A DNA stretch of 45,927 bases from Octopus bimaculoides (taxonomy: Eukaryota): positions 24,924,160 to 24,970,086 of the forward strand of contig NC_068991.1 of assembly GCF_001194135.2 (NCBI RefSeq). Reading direction: 5' to 3'. A program made the position numbers and the translations under genes. The notes under the pieces are model-generated. The model had not been told where the DNA came from and did no database searches. It saw only the letters and a list, made by a program, of their open reading frames with translations. The stretch's first letter is position 1. The number at the start of each line of letters is the position of its first letter. Positions 36,255-45,927 of this stretch are shown here, piece after piece.

Positions 36255-36410
36255 ATGTGTCTGTGTTGTTAAAAAGTTTACTTCTCAGTCACATGGTTTT
36301 AAGTTCAGTTCCACTACATGGCGCCATAGGCAAGTGTCTTCTACTATAGTCTCAGGTTGACCAGAGCCTTGTGAATGGATTTGGTTGATAGAAACTGAAA
36401 GAAGCTTGGA
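36255..36410 (+). mobile_element. SINE family 1 head
   Basis: gtgttgttaaaaagtttacttctcagtcacatggttttaagttcagttccact...gaaactgaaagaagc. Confidence 0.7.
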
Positions 36411-37519
36411 CAGATATGGTGTTTTTACACCTTTTTACCATAAGAGAGAATTTTTCTCCACATTAACTTCAGTGAACATGCCTTACCTAAACTTTGCTTA
36501 TGCCTAAACACTGCATAGCACAGCTATTACAGTAATTTCCATGACCATGGCAGTCTACTGGTGCAAATCAGTCAATGTTGTTGACTGTATCTTATCTGAA
36601 GCTCTGCTTTGAAAAGGTCTATCCAGACTTGCCTCTTTTAGGTATTTCCCATTAACAAAAACTAAGGAGCTAGAGACATCAATGTCTGGGAATCCTGATA
36701 GGCAGTGACACTGGACAGATATGGTGTTTTTACACCTTTTTACCATATGAGAGAATCTTTTTCCACAGTAACTGCAATGAATTTGCTTTTTAGCAGTTGA
36801 AATGTCACAAATATATTTCAACTAACTTAAACTTTGCTTATGTACATATATGTTTGTGTGTGTGTTTGCGTATGTGTTTGTGTCTCCTTGTCTTGACATC
36901 ACTTGATATGTGCAGATATGTGTCATTGTCGTACAAGCAGTGTCACTTCAATTTTGGCATGGTTTCAGTGGTTGGATGCCCCTCCTAACACCAACCACTG
37001 TACAAAGTGTTTTGGGTGAATTTTTTGTTGAGGCACCAGCACTAGAGGTGTTGCCTTTCACCAGCAAGACTAAAGAATGCTCTCAAGACCTGTATTTTCT
37101 CTGGGTGATTTGATTTACCCCCACGAGCAGAGAGTAATGGATGATTTTTAGTGGCACTGACATTGGTGGGATTGCCTTGTAGCTTGCTAAATAAAAGCCA
37201 TGCTCTATGATTGATGTAATATTGCAAATAAACACTAAAGATGAAGTGAGTAGTCAGAAGCAAAAAAATTATCATAGTAAGATGCACCTCCCAGTCCAGG
37301 AAATGAAACCATGATCTTGTGATCGTGAGTGATACACCTTAACCTCTAGGCCACACACCTTCAGGCCAGTATGGAGGAAAAACACAATAATGATATCTAC
37401 AGTCATCAGCATTGCAAATTCTGTTGTAATACAAAATATATTTTCTCATTGGTTCCTTGTTCATTTGATTTGCCTGTAACTGGTGAGTCAGTGGGAAAAA
37501 AAATATTTGAATTCATAGG

Positions 37520-37790
37520 AAGTTCACACTACAGCAAGACTTTCAGGAACACTATGGTTCTGTAACATGAAGTGGGTGTCTATAAATAACAAACTATGTT
37601 GTAACAAACAAAGTAAATCTACTCAATACATCCTTGGAGGATGCAGAGGGGTTGGTATGGGACCACCAGCAATGGAGAGCACTAGTGGACCTGGTCGACT
37701 CTATGCATGATGACACTTCTGGGACCACTAACTTGGAATGAACTCAGCCACACCAAGCAAGAGCTTGAAGCTAAGCATGTATACACACAT
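37520..37790 (+). mobile_element. Old RTE-like LINE 3' end
   Basis: Frame reads LLNTSLEDAEGLVWDHQQWRALVDLVDS, resembling the RTE terminal DRxxWRxLV motif; stop codons upstream. Confidence 0.45.
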
Positions 37791-38457
37791 GCACGTACAT
37801 GCACAGTAGATCTTCAGTAAAATGCAGTTCATATACTTAAGATAATATATCAGTAGCCGTTTCACTAGCTAAACCACCTTTTCTTTAAATGAATTTTTTT
37901 ACAGACCCTAGGATTTTGAAAAGTCTCTCTACTCAACATATTTGGAACTCAGTTTAAAGACCCCCCCCCCAGTACTACTTCATTGAACCCCATGAGTTCA
38001 CAGACCTGGAATTGGGATCTAGTGTTCTAGAATCTGTTAAAACAAGAGTCCATCCAGCTGGTTTCCAAGCTTTTAATCACAAATCATTTGCCAATTGATT
38101 TGCATATCCTCCACTGGTCACTACTACATCACTGAACTAACAACCTAAATACCCTACTTGCTCAAGTTCACTTCATGCACCATCCTCCCATTACTTCTAT
38201 CACTCTTCCTCAAACACTTCTCCCAGTCCAATGGAACCAGAATTACCAGTGTTCTGGAACTTTCTCCCTGCCCAGATATTCCCAACAAACATTGGCCTAT
38301 AAAGAATGTAATTGTAAGATATTGACTTATAAAGTTCAAACTAAATATCAAATACACAGACATCACTGATCTGAGACAGAAAATGCTTAAACTATAAAAC
38401 CATAGGCTGAGCTTCTCAGACTAAATACTGTGGTTGTTATCATTTGTTGCTCTAGTT

Positions 38458-39800
38458 CAGTAGTCTCCAGACATTTTTTGGACCCCTCACCATCACACTG
38501 GTCACATTTCTAGTGCCCTTACCACACACCACCACAAACAAATCGCTTTCTATTGTGAATTCAAAACAACTGTACTTCACAAATAAAGCATAACCTAGTT
38601 AACCCATTATTTTGCTCTTTTTACCATATGAGAGAGCAAATTTACATCCCACCTGTAATTACGTTGTTTTTATATTTTTATTGGGATGGATGTACATTGT
38701 GCAAGGATATCAGCTTCTTGATATCAGGCGGAAAGGTACTAAGAAGTAGTCTTAGATCCCTGCGTTCAATAATTTTCAATCTGTTTCTTTGTTTAGAGAG
38801 AAGCTGGGCAACTGTACTGAAGCCTTGCTCTACAAAATATATTGTTAGGAAGGCAATAAGGTACATTTTTGACTGTTACACAGTGCAGAGTAGCAGTCAG
38901 AAATGTCCTTTTGCAATACAAAATCCTGATATAATTTTTTGAACTTTGGCCTCAGCTCAAGATCATTTTAAAGTGAAACGAGTTCTTCCACTATTCTTGT
39001 TTCCTTATTACCGATATCTAGGTATCAACGCAGACTGGTATTTTAATCAAAAATAAATTTCCTGAAATCTATCAGCCATGTCTCTGTGCAGCTCATCCAG
39101 GTGTGAACAATACACATGAATGTCATTTTCTGGTATGCGCTTTTCCTTCTTCAGTTCAGAGAAGCTTGAAAACTGGAAGAACTCACAACGGCTTATGTTA
39201 CATTTGAATAACTGTAACTTGGACAGAAATGTAGAGAGGGCTGATCTTACTTTGATAAGGTCTAACTTCATTTCCTAGTCGCAAATTGACTTCATTGAAC
39301 TTTGTGAATATATCTGCCATATAAGCAATGTCATGCTTGATGCTTTTTGGTTCATTACAAAGAACAAAATAAGACTCCTATAAGAATTTAGTAATTGTTT
39401 TAAAAAAAGGAATAGAAACTTCCAGGCAGTTCCTTTTAATAACCATTGAACTTCTGTGTGCAACAACAAATGTTCCAAATCCTTATTGTTTCCAGTGTAA
39501 AGTTATTGAAACAGTGAGGAATTGAATGCATATGCCTTGATTTTATTTACTACTCTGATAACAGAGATCAATGGTTTGTTAAGTCCACCATTTAGGTTAT
39601 TTGCACCCAGATGTTGCCTGTGGATGACACAGAGCGCAGCAAACATACTAAGTATAACTTTTTCAATAAACTGAAGCAACAGCATCCCTTTTATTGCTCA
39701 AAAATGAAATACTAACTTCTCTTTGGTTTCTGCTTCTTGTTGTCTTGCAAAAAATAGCTCTTGAACCAAATGTTAATCTTTGACAAAACAAGAAACATAC
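38458..39800 (-). mobile_element. hAT transposon (Buster/Charlie, ZBED8/SCAND3-like transposase), degraded, one end missing
   Basis: Terminus CAGTAGTCTCCAG at 38458, preceded by ctcTAgtt (Buster-type nnnTAnnn site). Minus ORFs: CVIHRQHL...VIRVVNKIKA, LLLHTEVQWLLKG, FLSKLQLFK...HLDELHRDMADRFQEI, FLTIYFVEQGFS...KQRNRL...RDLRLLLS..PDIKKL. Left extent approximate. Confidence 0.9.
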
Positions 39801-40962
39801 TTTTATTGTTCGACAAAGGGGACACAACTAATTGTAAGCTAAATTTGGTTATGCTATTGTATTTCACAATTTGAAACACTTGTAATGTGCCTTTTTAGAG
39901 AAAAATTTCATACTTCAACCTCTTTGTTTTGATATTTACCATAAAAATCCTACAACCCCCCACTCCAAGGAATGAGAAATTTTGATTTATGAATTCTTAT
40001 ATTTCTTATCCTTTAATTATTTCAATCATTTGACTGTGGTCATGATTGCTTTTTCAAAATTTTTTTCTATAAAAATATAGACTATAAGTATTTCAAAATG
40101 TGGAATATTGCATGATATGTGTTACAAAATGTGGAATACTAAAGATATGATGATGGTACTGGTAGATATTTAAAAAGATGTGGAATAAAAAGTTTTAAAG
40201 AAAGTTGCTTTGCAAGTGTTTTGAAATGTGGGATTACTATAGAATGTGACAAAACCCTGAAAAAAGAAATCCTGATTTATGTAAGACAGCTATTCTAAAA
40301 GCCTGATAAATATAAATGTATTTTTTTAAAAATTTGTAATGATAGAGTTTCTAAAACATTTGAAAACATTGTGGAAACCATTAAAAAAACATAAAAAATC
40401 AGGCTGCTTAAATAGTGAGCTCTAGTTAGGACTTTACAATAATAACATGTACTCATATGATACTCTGTCTATTCTAAAGCATAATTATTATAGTAACTTA
40501 TATTTATAATAATGTTATTTTAATCAATGTATGAATCTTTTGTCTCGGGCCTATTATTTAAAACAAATGTACGGAGATAATACTGAAGTTTTATTCTGAA
40601 AATTTACAAATTATTGAAATTACTGGAAAATTCATCAAATTATTGAAAACCAATTTCACTTAGAAATATTGATCAAACTAAGGCTGTAGTAAAAGACACT
40701 TGACCAAAGTGCCATGCCTTGGGACTGAACTCAAAACCACATAGTTGCCAAGCGAACTGCTTAATTATCCACCACACTATACCTAATCTATAATACACAT
40801 TTCTTTAATAGTTAAAGATACTTAAAACAGTAGAGTATATTTTATGCTTGAGGAATTACTTCTCTTAACTTTCAATATGTGCTGTGTGTTGTGTTATGAT
40901 ATTGACCTGCAATTGTTGTATGAGTTGTTGATGTATGTTAGATGTATCCTAGTGGAATGGTG

Positions 40963-41067
40963 GCATTGGTATTGTTGGACAAAATACCAATGCATAACTA
41001 AATACTATGTTGGATTTTGTACAACATTATCAATTCTACAATTCTGCAAGAATTGTAGAATTGATAA
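40963..41067. repeat. Two adjacent perfect inverted repeats (11-bp and 19-bp stems)
   Basis: GCATTGGTATT-gttggacaa-AATACCAATGC (40963-40993) and TTATCAATTCTACAATTCT-gca-AGAATTGTAGAATTGATAA (41027-41067). Confidence 0.9.
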
Positions 41068-43526
41068 CATATACACAACACCAACAAATCATTTTAATGT
41101 AGTTCCCATCCAGTTTAACTCACAAGGCTTGTGCTAATCTGAGGTTATAGTAAAATATAAGACACTTGCCTAAGATGCTGTATGGAAAGACTGTACTTGG
41201 AACCTTATGGGCAAAGTAGACTTGCTTCAGGTATATAAGTATTGTATTTTTTGTTAAGTATATGAATGTATGTATATTGGAAGTAAGAATACGTTTTTGC
41301 AATGTGTTCATTGAATACATTGTCATTGTTTTTAACTCTTGGTGAGTCTTGATGAAGCAGACTTATAATAAAAGGTGTTTTAACTGTGACTATCCTGTGT
41401 CTCCTTAACTAGTGTAACCTGTACTATGTTATCTAGTGTATCTTTCATTTTTTTGAAGATAGTAGGGTGTGATATAAAGGAGATTTAGCTGTTGTTACTA
41501 GTTGTTACATAGTCTCCTTCATTAGCTTCTAAGGGAAGCTTATTGTATGACAGTTTATAGCATGGGGGAGGATGGAGTAAGGGAGAAAGATGTATGTTCA
41601 GTCTCTGTATTTTGGTTGTGAGATTATTCCTGATGAATATGTATTTGTATGTTTAATCAGTTGTACTCACAATGTGGGAGTGTGTTTGTACATATATATA
41701 TATATATATATTGCTATACATCTATATTCTGTATGTCTCTCACATGTATTTACAGGTGAATATATTGTGTTAAAGAAAACCTCATTATCAATGGAATATA
41801 TGAATAAAGATATACGGACAATATTGAATTACTTTTATGCACTTTTCACTTGTTTGATGGTGTGTGTGTGTATTGTATTAACCATTCATCCTCCCTCAGG
41901 AATAGCACAATAAAGAGAGATAGAGAATGATTGCCCTACATCAAGATATATATATATCTTAATAGAGAGGGAGGGAGGAAAGTGATAGTGATGATGGCAG
42001 CAGTACATTTGTGTTATGTCAAACTTTTGGTTTTTAGTCCTCTTTCAGTATTTAACCCTTCTCTATGTTTGTCTGTCTCTTGCATAGGGGTATATATTTA
42101 TATAAACAGAGATAGACAATGAGAGACACATCAAGACAAGGATATGAAATTGAAATTGATCATGGTGGGTGTTTTGACAACTGAACCAAAACAGACCACC
42201 TATAATTTGTTGTTGAATTTTTATATCATAAAAAAAAAATGATATATATGTGAAATATGGGAAACTGAAAGAGAAGAACTAACAGCACATAATGAAATAC
42301 ACACTTCATTTTCAACAATTTCTTTAGTGACAACAAATTTAAATCTTGTTTGTGCCTTGAATGGATTTCACTTCCATAAACTCCTCACTATTACACTTAG
42401 CATAATCCATTGTTGGTTTATATTAATGGTCATAAAATTATGCCTGAACTCATGTCAGTGCATCAGAGAAGAATTTCATTTTCTCAGTTATCTAGTGTAT
42501 CATTAAAATAAACGACAGACATGTCTGTTTCAAGATTCTAACAGTAATGTACTAAGGTGGTTTAGAATATTACTTCCTGTTTACCTACATAGGTGTATCA
42601 ATAATATATCTCCGTGTAATAATAATTGATATAATGTTGGTTGGTTGATTTCTCCAGTTGTGCTTTATTTTGAATAGAGATACAGAGAGAGNNNNNNNNN
42701 NNNNNNNNNNNNNNNNNNNNNNNNNNNNNNNNNNNNNNNNNNNNNNNNNNNNNNNNNNNNNNNNNNNNNNNNNNNNNNNNNNNNNNNNNNNNNNNNNNNN
42801 NNNNNNNNNNNNNNNNNNNNNNNNNNNNNNNNNNNNNNNNNNNNNNNNNNNNNNNNNNNNNNNNNNNNNNNNNNNNNNNNNNNNNNNNNNNNNNNNNNNN
42901 NNNNNNNNNNNNNNNNNNNNNNNNNNNNNNNNNNNNNNNNNNNNNNNNNNNNNNNNNNNNNNNNNNNNNNNNNNNNNNNNNNNNNNNNNNNNNNNNNNNN
43001 NNNNNNNNNNNNNNNNNNNNNNNNNNNNNNNNNNNNNNNNNNNNNNNNNNNNNNNNNNNNNNNNNNNNNNNNNNNNNNNNNNNNNNNNNNNNNNNNNNNN
43101 NNNNNNNNNNNNNNNNNNNNNNNNNNNNNNNNNNNNNNNNNNNNNNNNNNNNNNNNNNNNNNNNNNNNNNNNNNNNNNNNNNNNNNNNNNNNNNNNNNNN
43201 NNNNNNNNNNNNNNNNNNNNNNNNNNNNNNNNNNNNNNNNNNNNNNNNNNNNNNNNNNNNNNNNNNNNNNNNNNNNNNNNNNNNNNNNNNNNNNNNNNNN
43301 NNNNNNNNNNNNNNNNNNNNNNNNNNNNNNNNNNNNNNNNNNNNNNNNNNNNNNNNNNNNNNNNNNNNNNNNNNNNNNNNNNNNNNNNNNNNNNNNNNNN
43401 NNNNNNNNNNNNNNNNNNNNNNNNNNNNNNNNNNNNNNNNNNNNNNNNNNNNNNNNNNNNNNNNNNNNNNNNNNNNNNNNNNNNNNNNNNNNNNNNNNNN
43501 NNNNNNNNNNNNNNNNNNNNNNNNNN

Positions 43527-43559
<33 letters not shown>

Positions 43560-43614
43560 TTGTGTGTGTGTGTGTGTGTGTCTGTGTTTATGTTTGTCCC
43601 CCCCCCCTTACTGC

Positions 43615-43785
43615 TTGGCAACTGGTGTTGGTGAATTCATGTCCCCATAACTTAACAGTTTGGCAAAAATGACTGATAGAATAAGTACTGGGCTTACAAA
43701 GAATAAGTCCTGGGGTCGATTTGTTTGACTAAAACCTCTTAAGGCCTCTTATGGCTGCAGTCACATGACTGAAACAGGTAAATGA
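43615..43785 (+). mobile_element. SINE family 1, 3' half
   Basis: gtccccataacttaacagtttggcaaaa...aagaataagtcctggggtcgatttg...atgactgaaacaggtaaa. Confidence 0.75.
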
Positions 43786-43892
43786 CTGTAGGTCATGTTA
43801 CTTCAATAATATTTATCTTACAAGATGGTGCTGAAAAGTTTCTGGATTTGAGTAAAAGAAAGTAGAGAAGGATCAGTTAATTATGATTTCAT

Positions 43893-44320
43893 TCAACAGT
43901 TGACAAAAGAGAGGAAGGAGTCTAGATGTTCTCGGGAGAGTGAGGTGGCACTGATACAGTCGTCTGTATAATGGCCATATAGTTCAGAAGAGGGACCAGT
44001 GAAACTTGAGAATATTTGGGCCTCAACATAGCCAACGAATAGGTTCGCATAGTTGGGGCCCATTCTCATTCCCATGGCCACTTACAAGAGCTGCTGGTAG
44101 AAATCACCTGCGAACGAGAAGCAGTTGAGTGAGAGGGCAAGTTCAGCCAGACGAACGAGTGTGGAGGTGTCGGGTTGGGGGATGGGTCGGCAGTCAAGGA
44201 AATATTTAAGTGCATGCAGCTCCTCGTGGTGAGGGATCACTGTGTAGAGGCTTTGGATGTCGAGAGTGAAGAGAAGTTTCGAGGGGCAGGAGGGAATGAG
44301 AAAGAGGTGAAAAGGAATTG
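43893..44320 (-). mobile_element. Penelope-like element reverse transcriptase fragment
   Basis: LLFTLDIQSLYTVIPH...LVRLAELALSLNCFSFAGDFYQQ / AMGMRMGPNYANLFVG...YGHYTDDC matches PLE RT motifs (DxxSLYTxIP, GxAMG..xP.YANLF, RYIDD). Confidence 0.85.
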
Positions 44321-44360
44321 AAATTGAAGTCATAAAATAAACTATTATATCACATTACAA

Positions 44361-44391
44361 CTAAGATGTTATTGTTTCACTTTTGACACGT
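44361..44391 (-). mobile_element. Probable end of a second copy of the 29.5-29.8 kb Helitron family, running into the gap
   Basis: tgtttcacttttgacacgt is identical to the stretch near 29559-29577. Confidence 0.4.
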
Positions 44392-45086
44392 NNNNNNNNN
44401 NNNNNNNNNNNNNNNNNNNNNNNNNNNNNNNNNNNNNNNNNNNNNNNNNNNNNNNNNNNNNNNNNNNNNNNNNNNNNNNNNNNNNNNNNNNNNNNNNNNN
44501 NNNNNNNNNNNNNNNNNNNNNNNNNNNNNNNNNNNNNNNNNNNNNNNNNNNNNNNNNNNNNNNNNNNNNNNNNNNNNNNNNNNNNNNNNNNNNNNNNNNN
44601 NNNNNNNNNNNNNNNNNNNNNNNNNNNNNNNNNNNNNNNNNNNNNNNNNNNNNNNNNNNNNNNNNNNNNNNNNNNNNNNNNNNNNNNNNNNNNNNNNNNN
44701 NNNNNNNNNNNNNNNNNNNNNNNNNNNNNNNNNNNNNNNNNNNNNNNNNNNNNNNNNNNNNNNNNNNNNNNNNNNNNNNNNNNNNNNNNNNNNNNNNNNN
44801 NNNNNNNNNNNNNNNNNNNNNNNNNNNNNNNNNNNNNNNNNNNNNNNNNNNNNNNNNNNNNNNNNNNNNNNNNNNNNNNNNNNNNNNNNNNNNNNNNNNN
44901 NNNNNNNNNNNNNNNNNNNNNNNNNNNNNNNNNNNNNNNNNNNNNNNNNNNNNNNNNNNNNNNNNNNNNNNNNNNNNNNNNNNNNNNNNNNNNNNNNNNN
45001 NNNNNNNNNNNNNNNNNNNNNNNNNNNNNNNNNNNNNNNNNNNNNNNNNNNNNNNNNNNNNNNNNNNNNNNNNNNNNNNNNNNNNN

Positions 45087-45117
<31 letters not shown>

Positions 45118-45927
45118 CTATAAATAAACATTAATTTTCTTGAATAAGTTTAGCTTAAAATACATTTATGAACTTAAGTTTACAGGTAAAAAAAGTTTAT
45201 TCAGTTATAAAATTTGAATTAACGTAGTAATATACAAACTGTAGTAGGGTGTGTCTCACTTGACATTTAGTTGCTCACAGGTGAGAACAAATGAATGTAG
45301 GTTAAAAATATTTTCGCTGTCTCTATATTTACGTCAGTCACTTGTTTAGGTGAGGTGACTCATTTATTTTTTATTTGTACATTTGTTAATATTGCCATAT
45401 CACCCTACAGTTGATAAATACGAGAACAACATGCATGTTTATTGTACAGAGAAATATACTCAAATCAGTGATGATACTGATAGAGTACTGAGTAATGTTA
45501 ACAATGATTTGCTTAAAGTATGATGACTAATAATAGAGTATTGAGGGTTGTCACCTGTGTCTTGTATGGAGTACAATGAATGAAGATATATACTGAGGAC
45601 AGTTAGTTCTGTTGTCTATAGAGTACAGTGAATAAAATTAGAGTACTGAGTAATTCAAATTACGGAAAAATTTGGATAAGTACTGTTTTCACTTTGCTAA
45701 AGATTTTCTACTATTTGAAAATAATATGTATTCTTGTTTTTATACTATTCATTTGGTTCTTTATAGATTATTTTAATAGATAACTTATTTAACACTAAAT
45801 TATTTAGAAGTTATAGTTTCATTTCAACATAATATTAGAACTTCGATTGGAATAGTGTTGATATATTTTCGATTATTTTTGATTAATATTATTTGATTAA
45901 TTATTAATCTTTATAGTTTATAATATC

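Noticed and set aside
45465-45545. Box C/D snoRNA (GTGATGA...CTGA)
   Set aside because: No terminal stem, no correctly spaced terminal D box, and no recognisable rRNA-complementary guide. A similar ATGATGA near 35263 also lacks a D box.

Overview
This is AT-rich, microsatellite-rich eukaryotic DNA with five assembly gaps (N runs 13666-13796, 18594-18618, 28715-29452, 42692-43526, 44392-45086). The tRNA-derived SINE, RTE LINE, DD37D mariner and (AT)n/(CA)n content looks like an Octopus-type cephalopod scaffold (inference). There is no prokaryotic gene content and no CRISPR array. Most of the window appears to be intronic sequence of one unidentified + strand protein-coding gene. Two phase-compatible coding exons are well supported (30315-30437 and 34422-34573; low-complexity G/S/P/N/Q-rich peptide). 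Candidate 5' exons lie in a CpG-retaining region (about 1-5300), and the gene body beyond that is visibly CpG-depleted. The introns hold many decayed transposons: RTE LINEs, a piggyBac deletion derivative with intact TIRs, nested TTAA-flanked MITEs, a composite Helitron, a Helentron-like element, and hAT (Buster-like), mariner, Tigger-like and Penelope-like fragments, plus many SINEs. Structures these features do not explain include a near-perfect 28-bp-stem hairpin, a cluster of inverted repeats, a 25-bp minisatellite with a 125-bp higher-order repeat, and a possible chain of + strand microexons. All calls are by eye. No database search or folding computation was run, and some repeat boundaries are approximate.
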